In this document: positions 14,161 to 26,897 of the stretch, one piece after another | How the letters are laid out: every line of letters starts with the position of its first letter | Position numbering within the stretch: the first letter of the stretch is position 1 | DNA from: Octopus sinensis | Taxonomy: Eukaryota | Direction of reading: 5' to 3' | Length of the DNA stretch: 64,000 nt | NCBI RefSeq assembly: GCF_006345805.1 | Contig: NC_043006.1 | Location: 79,856,001-79,920,000, forward strand | Translations under genes and position numbers: made by a program | Notes under the pieces: model-generated | What the model saw: the letters and a program-made list of their open reading frames with translations, nothing else | What the model was told of the DNA's origin: nothing | Databases searched by the model: none

Positions 14161-14719
14161 TATTATAGAGGGGAATTACCATCAATGGAACCAACCTCGG
14201 TACTCTATTTCGTTCTGCACAAGTATTCAATACTGATTTAAATACAAACATAAAGGAACGCAACAGAGTATTACAAACATCTAGCATGGCTCTGTACTGG
14301 TTCTTTCACTTCTCCATCCTATGTATATCGTTTCGCCACCAAGTGGTTTCGGATTCAATCCCGCTGCACAGCACCATGGGCTCTTCTATTACACAATCCA
14401 ATAGGTATTTTGTTGTCAGACCGTTTTTAATTGATTTGTTTTTTCATATGTCCTATCCAAAAGTGGAATCTAATTTTTACCGTCACGTCTAGATTTTCAC
14501 CACTCAGTTTTCACAATTTTTCCCATTTTCCAGAAAAGTACATTGTTTACCTGTAAAACTTATATACGAAATTGATGTATGCGGGACAATAGAACTGTGG
14601 AAGAAACATTGGGTGGCAAGGTGCATCACATGTGCTATATAATTGATGTTGCATACCTCTTTGACCCGTGAATAGTCAAGATGGAAGGCAAAAAAAAAAA
14701 AAAAGATATACATTCCTCT

Positions 14720-15270
14720 CAAGTACGGAATAGCTCGGTTATGGAAAACGAAAAAGGTGAAGAAGTGTCAATTATTGTTGGGTCTTTGGGGGACGGTATC
14801 AGAAGGCATTAAGAGGAATATAAAAGAGATCGGAAGCGAGTACCCAGTAGAGCGGTTACAAAAGGTTTGCATCTTTGGCACGACCAGAATAATCGGGAAA
14901 GTATTAGATAGTTGAAAAGAACTGATAGCATGGTACTGTAGGCTGCAGGCAGCCATCCTGCTACTCAGGCAAGACTCCAGGAACTCCAACAAAACCTGGG
15001 ATATAAAGACTAAATAATAATAATAGTAGGAACCCTAAAATAAGAGACCGAGAGCACTATACTGCTCTGGCCAGGAACTGAATGGTCAGCTTTCGGAATG
15101 AGCCAGTGTGTCCGCTGTGCTGCATCTGCAACAGAGTGGGTGAAACTGCTGTCCATATCACAAACGAATGCCTTAGACTTGCTCAAAACCACGATCAGGT
15201 AGCGAAGGTGCTACATTGGAAACTGCGAAAAGTGGAGGCTAGAAAGAGGGAAGACTTTTACAAGCACTAA
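14720..15270 (+). mobile_element. Two R4/Dong-like fragments
   Basis: ...EIGSEYPVERLQKVCIFGTTRIIGKVLDS* (3' end), then CCICNRVGETAVHITNEC...HDQVAKVLHWKL (zinc knuckle). Confidence 0.75.
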
Positions 15271-16015
15271 AATGTGACTAACGCTTTCAGCCTTCTTCGC
15301 ACACATACTGCAGAGGTTCGTTGTACTTGTGTGGTATATGTCACTTTTCACTGAGTTGGTATTCAATGCCTGATCCTGGGCAGCGATGATTAGGTTTTCA
15401 GTCTTCTTTTTAAGGTCACCCTTGCTGAGCCACCTCCATGATGCTTCCTGGTCTTTTAAGTTCTTAGTTTCTCGGTGGAACCAACCTTGTAATTCCATGC
15501 GGAGTAGAGCTTCTCTCTCGTTGGCTATTGGTAATCAGAATTCATGAGTACTCTCAAGTCCATTTTTGGTAGATCCTTCTGTATTAGTAGCATACTGTAG
15601 CAGGTCTTGTTTGCTGTTTACCAAATATTCTGCCATGTTTCTTCTTTCACTGTTGATACACTTCCGTACGCTAATCAGCCCACGTTCACCTTTACACCTC
15701 TTGGTATAGAAGCTGTGCACGTTCACTTTGGTGCGGAGGACATCCTGCATTTTCATCGTCTTTCAGGTAGTGCAATCAAGTTGGTTAATCTCCACTTGTG
15801 TACATTTCAGGCTGGGTGCACTATAGCGAACTACAGCAACAGTCCATATGTTGATGGTAGTCACAAGGTACCTTGAGTTGAGCTTTGATTTCAAGAGAAA
15901 TTTGAGGCGCTCCAGATATGGAGTGATGACCTTGTCTTTCATTTCTCTGTGCAAGATATTGTCCAGCTCCAGGATCCTAAGGTACTCGTACTCATCATCT
16001 TCCGGGTCTTCCATT
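15271..16015 (-). mobile_element. R4/Dong-like relic, close inverted relative of ~3765-4510
   Basis: ORFs 15763-16020, 15535-15756 and 15211-15498 are nearly identical in protein to 3768-4019, 4026-4247 and 4419-4631. Confidence 0.9.
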
Positions 16016-16278
16016 CCCACTCCCTTTTCTAACGGAGCTGCTGTCGCTGAATCGGTGATCTTATTCTGACAACATGTGACACACCTTGACTAAATAGCCC
16101 ACCTTCCAATAGCCATGTTGGGTTGCCTGTGTCTCTTTCGGTAATCCAAGCATGAACAAGACAAGTTTTTGTTAGGAGCTCGCGAAACTTTAAGTTGCAT
16201 AGAACCGAAACAAACTGGTTTGAATATTATTACATGTAACTCCTAGTAAATGTCTTGAGCGCCTTTTCTTTCGTTTGT

Positions 16279-16333
<55 letters not shown>

Positions 16334-16826
16334 TATGTAACTTCACACAGGCACATATAACTACCTGCATTCAGAGAGATAAACACATATACATACACAC
16401 ATACAGGTGTGCACACACACACACACACATACATTTATGCATACATACATATAAATATATTCTATAGGGAATAAAAAATAGAAGATACTAAGAAGAGAAT
16501 ACATAATTTCTTAACCCGACAGCTGTTTCAGGAAATTTGGATTTGTGTAATAATCGTAATATTCATAATTTTCAGATGAAATGTGCTAAAAGACTGGGTA
16601 TGCAACCAGAAAACAGTCAAAACGGGGAAGGTAAATTTGAAGCCAGTTTGGTGAAAAGGAGCACCACTGGTGGGATTGAAACAGCTGTCAAGTATATTAT
16701 GTATTCTCTTTGTAGTATTCTATATATTTTTATGCTCCATGTATATATATACAGTAGAACCTTGGTTTTCGAACAACTCTGCTTACGAATAAATCATAAT
16801 TTATCTCCTGTCTTTCTCATATTCAT

Positions 16827-16994
<168 letters not shown>

Positions 16995-17639
16995 AAAACA
17001 CGATTTATTCGCGATCAGAGTTGTTCGTAAACTGATGTATGTATGTATGTATGTATGTATGTATGTATGTATGTATGTATGTATGTATGTATGTATGTAT
17101 GCATGCATGTATGTGAGAGTGTATGTGTGTGTGCTTATTTCTCTGAAAACCAGTAGGTATATGAGTGTAGCTGTACATAAACACACAGACACACGCGCGC
17201 GCGCGCACACACACACATGTATATGTATATATGTATACGTCAAGGCTAATTGTGCTTTTCCGCATCGCTACCCCACTCTATATATGTATGTATGTTTATA
17301 TGCATGTGTATAGTGCACAATGTATGAAACAAAATATAATGTACCATAAATAAATCACTGTTGATAAAATCAATGCATTATTAAATATATAGAGACCAAA
17401 CAAACACAACAGAGGATAACAATTAATAGCAGAGGCCACACTAATAGCAGCTTTCACGAGTAAAACATGGGATAGCTTTCAAAAGATTATCTATAAAGAT
17501 TATTCGAGGAAGTGAGCTGAAAAGATATAAGAATTAGCGAACTGTGTTGAATAATGGTACTTAGTAAGATTAATTTACCTTTTGTATTGCGTGCTTTAAT
17601 CAGCTTTGATTCTCCCCCAGTGTATATTCCACACAGTTC

Positions 17640-18322
17640 TCATTGCTGACGTTACAGATATCCCATTTGTTTTTCCTGTGTTTCACTCTAAGCATGTTTC
17701 TTGACAAAATGATTTAGGACGGACAAACTAGTTGGGTGAATATATAAACCATACAATTAGCCAAGTCAGGTTATGAGTTCAAAACAAAATTTTCTTCAGA
17801 TTGCTGGACAGAACACTAAAGTCAACGTTATCTCAGTTCATTTGGATGAAAGGAGATGATAACATTCAACATCTTGTCAGGTATACCAAGCTTTTTCAGA
17901 ACTTTCCATAGTGCTTGCCGGTTAACAGTGTCGAAGGTCTTAGTAAGGTCAATGACTATCAAGAACAACTCTTAATTTTTCTCACGTGCCTTCTCCATGA
18001 CTTGTTGGAGGGAAAAGATCATGTCGATAGTGTGCCACGACCAGAGCGAAATCTGCACTTTGATTCTGGGTAGATGTCATTTACAACGTGTTTGATGTTC
18101 CTGTCAAGAATGAGTCAAGCAAAAAATCTTATCAGCAATAGCCAGAAGCGATATTTTACTATGATTATCACAGGCACTTCTGTTGTCTTTTTTCTTACAC
18201 AGGTGCTGAATTGAGGCATTCTTGAATCCTGTGGTACATGGCCTACCTTCCAGATGTTTATGAAGAGGTCATGCAGTTTCTTAAAAAGCTTCTGTCCAAC
18301 ATGTTTGTAAATTTCAGGAGGC
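17640..18322 (-). mobile_element. RTE LINE reverse-transcriptase fragment
   Basis: PPEIYKHVGQKLFKKLHDLFINIWKVGHVPQD; downstream IVIDLTKTFDTVNRQALWKVLKKLG. Confidence 0.85.
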
Positions 18323-18329
18323 ACAGAAT

Positions 18330-19495
18330 TTCGAGAATTCTATTTTTGTATCATTTTGGAATCTATTTTGTTCTTTTTCTAGTTAATTTTAGTTAATTTT
18401 TGTTTATTTTCAGATCATTAAAATGGTATGTAAAGTTAAGGAAAACGAGCATTTTCAACACCTCCTTCTTTTTGCTTTTGATCAAGGTTCTAAGGCCGCA
18501 AAAGCTGCTCGCGACATTTGTGCTGTGTATGGAGAGGATGCCATAGCTGAAAGAACCGCTCGTGATTGGTATGCCAAGTTCAAAATGGAAATTTTGACCC
18601 CAAAGACGCACCTCGTTCTGGCCGTGCAGTTGAGTTCAATGAAGAGCGATTAAACCAATTTTTGCACGAAAATTCTCGTCAAACGATAAGGGAACTGGCA
18701 GAGAAAGTGGACTACTCCACATTGCTATAGAGAAGCATATTCACTCGAAGGGAAATGTTCAGAAGTATGGAGCATAGGTTCAGTAAGCTTTAAGTGACAA
18801 CAACAAAAATCAACGAGCTACAATCTCCGCTGGTTTGCTTGCTCGTCACCGCTCAACTCATGAACATAAGCAACGATTTCTTTACCGAATCGTTACTGGC
18901 GACGAAAAATGGTGCTTGTACATCAATATGAAGCAGCGTAAGAAATGGCTTAGCTCCAGTAAACAAGCGACACCGCGCGTGAAACAAGATCTTCATCCGC
19001 GTAAAATGATGTTGTGCGTAAGGTGGGACTAGGAAGGGATTATCCATTACGAATTGCTTGAACGGAACCAACAGATGGAACGACTCAACACGGCTATTCA
19101 AGAGAAAATACTTAATCGGCAGCATGGAGTTCTGCTGCAAGACAATGCCCGCCTTCATATTGCCAATATGACAAAAGAAGCCATTCAAACGCATGGCTGG
19201 GAAGTTCTGCCACACTCGCCGTACTCCCCTGATTTGGCACCAACGGATTTCCACCTCTTTCCATCTCTTTCAAATGCTATGCACGGAGTTTCGTTCAATA
19301 CTGATGCAGAATTGAGAGCTTAGTTGGATCAATATTTCTACCAACGAGGTATTGAAAATCTTGTTGAACGTTGGGAAGAAGTTGTAAACAACAAGGGTGA
19401 ATACATTATTGATTAATTAGTTGCTACTTTTTATTAAACCTCTTAAAAATTTAAATTAAAAAACAAACGGCGGGAACTTAGTTGCCAACCTAATA
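18330..19495 (+). mobile_element. Decayed mariner (DD34D) element, left TIR missing
   Basis: ENEHFQHLLLFAFDQG; IVTGDEKW; LLQDNARLH; PHSPYSPDLAPTDFHLF. Right TIR ...gaacttagttgccaacctaaTA. Frameshifts and stops present. Confidence 0.92.
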
Positions 19496-19514
19496 CATAA
19501 AAACAGATTGGCTT

Positions 19515-20065
19515 CTCTACAGGGCTGCTCTTGCGCCTACAAATGCAACTGTCAACACTCTTAACTATGACTTACTCAGTCAGCTACCTTCTCAAGAACG
19601 TTGTTACAGATCACTTGACAACGTTACCGACCTCGATCAGGTTACACACTTTCCAATAGAATTTCTCAACTCCCAAGATCCTCCAGAACTTTCTCCCCGT
19701 GAACTTCACTGAAAAGTCGGTTGCCCTGTCATCCTCCTGCGCAATCTAAACACACCCACACTATTTAATGGAACTCGTCTTGTGGTCGTACAAATGATGT
19801 TCCACGTCATTGAAACCCAAATTATCACGGGACACAGCAAAAAATGATACCATTTTCATTCCGAAAATTCCGCTAACACCAACAGACTGACCCTATCTTA
19901 TGCCGAGACTTCAGTTCCCTCTGAAACTCAGCTTCGCCATGACAGTTAACAAAGCACAAGGTCAGTCGATGAAAGTTGTCGGACTGGACCTTTGGACATC
20001 GTCCTTTTCACATGGACAATTCTACGTCGGTTGTTCCAGACAACTTATTCATCTATACTCTTGAA
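19515..20065 (+). mobile_element. Helitron Pif1-family helicase C-terminal fragment
   Basis: LAPTNATV; FPIEFLNS; VGCPVILLRNLN...LFNGTRLVV; [21 protein letters not shown]; GQFYVGCSR. Confidence 0.9.
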
Positions 20066-20663
20066 GGAAAAGCAAAAAAAAAAAAAATGTCGTCTACAAA
20101 GCAGCCTTACAGTAGTTATTCTTCTACAGCATTCTTCACATCTACGCCAAACTGTAGCTGTTAGCAATCGGACTTCCTGCAAGAATTTCATTGCTATTTT
20201 GCTTCGTTTCTCTGAGTGCTGTTAACAGTACATTACCTCTAATGACCCCTTCGCTCATAAGCATGCTCTGACATTTATTTTTGTACATGCCATTATTTTA
20301 TTTGCCTGTTTCCTATAAATGTTTGCTTTTCTTTATCTTACATGACTAGCATTGAAAAAATCTTCAATGCGGTTGTGTCAGGCATTACGAGAAAAATAAA
20401 TACATGATACAAAACGCTTCAAGTAAGATATAGGATCCCTAATTCCTACAGCAATTGCGACCTCATTTCATGGACTTTCATTTATTACTAACTACCAAAT
20501 TTGTATTCTGAAAAAATTATTCATTTCCTAAGTTTCATAATACCATATTATAAACTGCTAACGAAAATGGCAATTATACATTTTACGTTTATCAACTTGA
20601 AACGACTTCTAACTGTCGGCTAATTCAACTTAAATTGTCCACAAGAGTACACCATTATAATAA

Positions 20664-21035
20664 ACTAGCAGTATCGCCCGGCGTTGCTCGGGTTTGTAAG
20701 GGAAATAACTATAAAGCATTTTTAGAGAGTTATAGCCAAAAAATGGAAAAAAAATGATGGTAAATTTTTTTAGTTAAAAAGGTCGAGTTGCGTCCCCTAG
20801 ACAGTCTGTGGTTTGTGTTTCTGATTCTGGACCCCATGTCGAATTCATCGATTTTTTTCAGAACTGGGGGAACTTTTCAAAATTTTCGCTGCGTTAGTTT
20901 TGAATTATGACATTGGGCTATGTGTGTGTCAAGTTTCATCAGAATCGGTTGAAAGCCGTGGTCAGGGTGAGGGTACAACCTAACAGACACACAGAAACAC
21001 ACACAGACAAACTGCCGTTTATATATAGAGAGATT
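20664..21035 (+). mobile_element. Non-autonomous Helentron/DINE-like element
   Basis: Starts actag...cccggcgttgctcggg (5' hairpin), has internal aagtttcatcagaatcggtt, then ACAG microsatellite and ...tttatatatagagagat end. Confidence 0.7.
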
Positions 21036-21064
21036 ACACCATCCAAACGACAAGTGCATTTGCT

Positions 21065-21132
<68 letters not shown>

Positions 21133-21407
21133 CATACAAACACACATATGTATGTGTGTACGTATATATGTAGATAATGTATATGTGTATCCATGTAAAT
21201 ATATATATATATTTATACGATCTTTCTGTCTTAGTCTGGCCGTTGTCCGTGCAACATCGATGTTGCTCCCTGTGCCTGTGAAATCTTGTATCCCTGCCGT
21301 AAGGCTTCATTTCTACACACGCCAGCTTAACTTAATTCGTCCTTAGTCGAAAGACACCTGTTGTTATGTCCTGTTATTATTTTTATTGTATTTGTGTAAT
21401 ATTGTCA

Positions 21408-21874
21408 GTACCCCCAACTGTCACGTTCTTGTTAGATTGACAGTATACAACCATTTTATCGCCCCACCACCGTACATGTCTCTACGAGAGATTTAGAAAT
21501 TCAATATTTCTTATTTTGATAATCAGTGAATAGACTTCACTGAATATAGATATATACAAATACGAAGTCGAGGCCAATATCACCAGCTGACCGGTGTCAG
21601 CTACTCTAGGCCGATGAAGGACAACGATCCTGAAACACGTGTCCCTAGATGCAGTCCCGGCAGCCAGGGGTGTTTGTCTCCCCTTCGTAAATGTATATAA
21701 GGACACAGGGAAAAATGTGTCAAAGCCATCAGGAGGCGTTCGATGCTTCCTAGGGCTATACAGCGGTGGTGTACCCCCTACTGTCACGTTCTTGTTAGAT
21801 TGACAGTATACAACCATTCTATCGCCCCACCACCGTACATGTCTCTACGTGAGATTTAGAAATTCAATATTTCT

Positions 21875-21877
<3 letters not shown>
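21408..21877 (+). mobile_element. Retrozyme-like/PLE-derived element: 107-bp direct repeats 363 bp apart enclosing an HHR, 3' end fused to (TA)n
   Basis: 21408-21514 matches 21771-21877 with few differences; HHR at 21605-21649. Confidence 0.65.
21605..21649 (+). ncRNA. Type-I hammerhead ribozyme motif (U4C core variant)
   Basis: Stem I TCTAGG/CCTAGA, core CCGATGA, stem II AGGA-caacga-TCCT, GAAA, palindromic stem III CACGTG, GTC cleavage triplet (after 21643). Confidence 0.8.
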
Positions 21878-21929
<52 letters not shown>

Positions 21930-21934
21930 GTATC

Positions 21935-22014
<80 letters not shown>

Positions 22015-22033
22015 TACATATATATATATACAC

Positions 22034-22124
<91 letters not shown>

Positions 22125-22132
22125 TATATTGT

Positions 22133-22365
22133 TATATTTCGGAATGGTCATTTTGCCAGTTTAGCCAATAAAAACACACGCACTATATATTTTGCTTCAG
22201 TGTTATTTATTTTTTACATTAATCTTAATCTTAATCTTATGGCCGAAATAAGAATAAGATTAAGATTAATGTAAAAAATAAATAACACTGAAGCAAAATA
22301 ACACCAAATATATAGTGCGTGTGTTTTTATTGGCTAAACTGGCAAAATGACCATTCCGAAATATA
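22133..22365. repeat. Fold-back (inverted repeat) element next to (TA)n
   Basis: tatttcggaatggtcattttgccagtttagccaataaaaacacacgcactatatattt... and its reverse complement; arms ~105-115 bp with one 12-bp indel; centre ATGGCCGAAA. Confidence 0.9.
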
Positions 22366-22425
22366 TCAATATCTGTTTCAACACACGACTTCACATAAAA
22401 AATCTTGCACAACAAATATATAAAC

Positions 22426-22500
<75 letters not shown>

Positions 22501-22669
22501 TACATACATAAAACACACATACACACACACATATATATATGTATATGTGTGTGTGTGTGCATATGTGTGTGTGTGTGCATATGTGTATGTGTGTATATGT
22601 ATGTATATATGGATCTCGATCAGAATTGCCGATCATTAGTGTTTGGTTGCTCGATGACAATTTATTGAA

Positions 22670-22920
22670 TTAGCATGTAAGTGACTGAATATTCCACAGA
22701 CACACGTACTCTTTATGTAATCCTTCGGTGGAATCCAAGCGGCTCGGTATGGTAAAATTAGATCTTTAAGTAGCAGGTTCTATTCATCCGACGGGTCTCC
22801 ATACAAATTCCCTCTACCCAGTTTTCCTCACTGGGTAGGCTGACCCGAGGCTATAGTAAATGATATTTGTGCAATAACCTTCTTTGTGGTATGCAAAATG
22901 GGACTTCATCATTTCTGAAG
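22670..22920 (-). mobile_element. Diverged SINE remnants
   Basis: Reverse-strand similarity to the SINE heads and tails at 56381-56800 and 51720-52082. Confidence 0.55.
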
Positions 22921-22959
22921 TAAACTCCTTAACCATTAGGCCATATATGTATATGTATA

Positions 22960-23056
<97 letters not shown>

Positions 23057-23061
23057 GTACA

Positions 23062-23116
<55 letters not shown>

Positions 23117-23371
23117 ACACACAGAGACACACACACAAACACAGACACACACACACACACCACACACACACACACACGACACACACACACACACACGCAC
23201 ACTCTTTCACAATTCTCTTGTTAATCTCTCTTAATCGTTCAAAATTTGCTCTCTTAGCATACTGCTTATCCAATTAAAGAATTACGCTTATTTCTCCCGA
23301 ATGATATCTGTTTCGTCAAAGGTAAACTTTTGTGGCAAGTTAGAAATGAAGGGCTCCCCACAACTTGCTGT

Positions 23372-23409
<38 letters not shown>

Positions 23410-23785
23410 AAATAAAGAGAGAGAAAGGGAGAGAAAGAGAGAGAAGGAAAGAGAACGAGAGAGAGAGACCGTGGTTTCTACACATAAAACAGTAGTTCAT
23501 AATTCTTTCTTTTCACTACTCACTGATGAGTTTTCATTTCCCACCTTGATGTATAAGTTGGTCTTGCTTGACGAAACCCTTATCCCCAGAGAGTTAACAG
23601 CGTAAATTTTTGCCTAGAATACTTGCACGAAAAAAAAAATCTCCACCAAAAGAAGAAAACGTTGATATATGCATCAGTTGTCGCCCCTTCCTAGGCCTGC
23701 TGTTTTAGTCATCGAAGTTGTGCAAGTGAATATTACTTATTTCTTCTATGCTTCATTTAAATAAATGAGAGCCTGCCATTAATTA

Positions 23786-24319
23786 TATTGGGTTGTCCGG
23801 TAAGTTCTATAAATATTTGCCATTACATTTTTAATTAACCAAATATGAACAATTTTGTTGCACAATGCGTCTCCATCTTTCATTTAACTTATACCCTCTT
23901 CCCAGAATTGAGGTGGCTTCATGGCAAAGAATTCATCAAGGTATCTTTTTACGTCATCCAAGGAATTGTAATTTTTACCATTAAGACTATTCTGCAGAGA
24001 CCTGAATAAGTGGAAATCCGATGGAGCAATATCTGGTGAATATGGAGGGTGGGGTAACATATCCCAGTCGAGCTGCAGCAATTTTTGTCTGGTTCCCAAA
24101 GCATCAAGTGCTGAAAATGAACTTTCTTATCTTCCATTTTAAAGGGTTACAGAATTAACACAGGTTATAGGAACATAAACCTTCTTCCACGAAAACAGCT
24201 TAAACTGTGCTCTAAATGGAGGTGTAGTTAAATCCTATTTTATGGACTCAACCATGTTGTAAAATGAGTCGAAAGGTAAGCTACTATAATTCGGCACGAA
24301 CTTTCCGGACAACCCAATA
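23786..24319 (-). mobile_element. Internally deleted mariner (534 bp), both TIRs, TA flanks
   Basis: TIRs tattgggttgtccgg(t/a)aagttc at both ends. N-terminal MEDKKVHFQHLML is joined to C-terminal ...PHPPYSPDIAPSDFHLFRSLQN. Confidence 0.92.
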
Positions 24320-24488
24320 CAAATACATATAGCATACTCGAGCATATGTACACAGTAAGTACTTATTCAACGTTGATTTCTCTGAGTTAGTCTACCCTTT
24401 GGTACGTTGTTTTCACTCCACGGAGTGTTAGAAATGTCATTCCTCACCAAGTAAGTTCGGTGATGTTACCAGTTCGGTCGCTGACGAC

Positions 24489-24565
<77 letters not shown>

Positions 24566-24874
24566 CTCCATAATTCTATCTAATAATAAGAACTCATGAT
24601 TCAATAAGGAGACGGATGGCGCCCATAGACAGGCAATTTTTGTAGGGGATTCATGTGTGCAACAATACTGCTGTTACCGAATTCCTCAAGGGCGAGGAGT
24701 CACAAGTGGGTTACATTTAAAACATAGCAAATTAAAATTGGGAAAAGAAATAATAAAATAGATACACGTGCATTTAGAAATATATTTTATTTTGAAGAAA
24801 ACATGAATAAAGCCACTAACTCGAACGCACGCACACATACACATACACGCACGCGCAGACACGTATAGATACAT

Positions 24875-24946
<72 letters not shown>

Positions 24947-25522
24947 ATGTATGTACATACATATTTATATAAATTATATATAATGTGTATATACATTCAT
25001 ATATATTTTATATACTATGTATAATTAAATACACTTACACTCACACACGCTCATATGTATACGAAGCAAAAAGTATGTAATGCCTAGAGTATATATGTTT
25101 TGTGCAAATGTAAACATTTTGGGATTGTAACAATGACTTTCATATTGCCGACTATTCCAACGATTGACATAGGAAAACAACATGGTAATATGTAAGCAAA
25201 AATATTCATTAGCAACTTGAAATAACCATTTTTTCCATTATATGACAATCTCTCAGGATTTTCCACATCCCGAAGAAGGCCATAATTTTATTTATCTAAA
25301 CGGAAATTCTCATTTGATGATATTGTAAGGAGATAAATATATAATTATATATCGTACATATTAAGACTGAGTGTAATGATTTTTGCCAGCTAATCAAATC
25401 CCAATGAATATTTACATTTCGGTGTGTTTACAAGCGTTTTTTTGCCCATATATTGTTACGTTGCGCTTTTGCTTGAGTCATCGGTATAATTGTAACGCGA
25501 AGTGATTCAAGAAACCTCAGCT

Positions 25523-25581
<59 letters not shown>

Positions 25582-25634
25582 ACACACACACACACACAAA
25601 CATATACATATATATGTATGAGTAGATAAGTAGA

Positions 25635-26706
25635 TATCAGGTCATCCCATAAGTTCTGTCCGAATTTTGAATAAAGAAAGCAAGTGATCAAATGTTATAT
25701 TTAATTGAAATTTAATCAGCAATGTACTTTCCCCGATTATCTATGACTTCCTTCCATCTATTTACAAGCTTTTTAATCCCATCGATGTAAAACTCTTTTG
25801 GTTTCAAAGCGAAGAACTCTGAAATGTCAATTTCGACCCCCTCCTGGCTTGCGAAAGTTATGTCCCGCAAATGATTCTGTAAACTACGAAACAAATGATA
25901 GCATTGATTGTTGCATGAGGTGGTAACAATTCATAGTGAATTACTCCTTTGCAATCCCACTAGATAGAGAGAAGAACCTTTTTTCCATGAAGTTTCCTTC
26001 TCAGTTGTGGTTGAGCTTTTTCTCTTTTACTAATTCACTGTTCACGACGTTTAACATTTCGATAGAAGATCCATTTTTCGTCACCAGACACAAGTCTATC
26101 CAAAAAGGGTGAAATGAGTTCGCGAGAATGGAGAGAAGAGTAGATGTCTACTCGGGATTTGCGCTTGCTTTCGGACAATTCATGAGACACCCATTTTCCA
26201 AGTTTAGGAACCTTTCCAAGTTGTTGACGATGGTTTGAACTAAGTTTCATTGCCAATTCTTCAACTGATAATGCAGGATTTTCTTCAAGTAATGCCTTAA
26301 GGAGCGTATCATCAAACTCAACTGGACGTCCTGTTCGATCTTCCTTTTCAAGGCTGAAATCTCCACTTCTGAAATTTGCAAACCATCTTCTGCAAGTTCT
26401 TTCAATCAAGCATTCTTTCCCATAAACTGAGTGTATGTTTTGAATCGCTTCGGTTGCAGAGCTTCCTTTTTTGTACTCATAAAGCATTACGTGCCTCAAA
26501 TACTCTTTGGATACTTTCATGTTAGAAAGGGCTTTAATCAAAGAAATTATAATTCTATTATTCTATAAAATAATATTTAATTACTTTAAATGTACACAAA
26601 TGCATAAAAATAATTTTTAATTCCATTACACATTCTAAAATGCTATTAAATTTCATTCAATTTTAAAAAAGGTAAAATCGGACAGAACCTATGGAGCGAC
26701 CTGATA
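25635..26706 (-). mobile_element. Mariner element with internal deletion of the central catalytic region
   Basis: TIRs tatcaggtc...ataagttctgtccga at both ends; MKVSKEYLRHVML...VSGDEKWIFY; FRSLQNHL...WKEVIDNRGKYIAD*. Confidence 0.92.
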
Positions 26707-26897
26707 TATGTGTGTGTCAATATATATATGTACATACACACATTCATAGATATGTATGTATGCATACATATTGACACGCACACACACACATACACACATA
26801 TATGATATTATTTGTAAAGGCAACAGAAAATTAGGAATCTTGATATTGAAATATGTAATCAGTTTCTTTCAGAGAGAGATACAATATATGCTCTATC

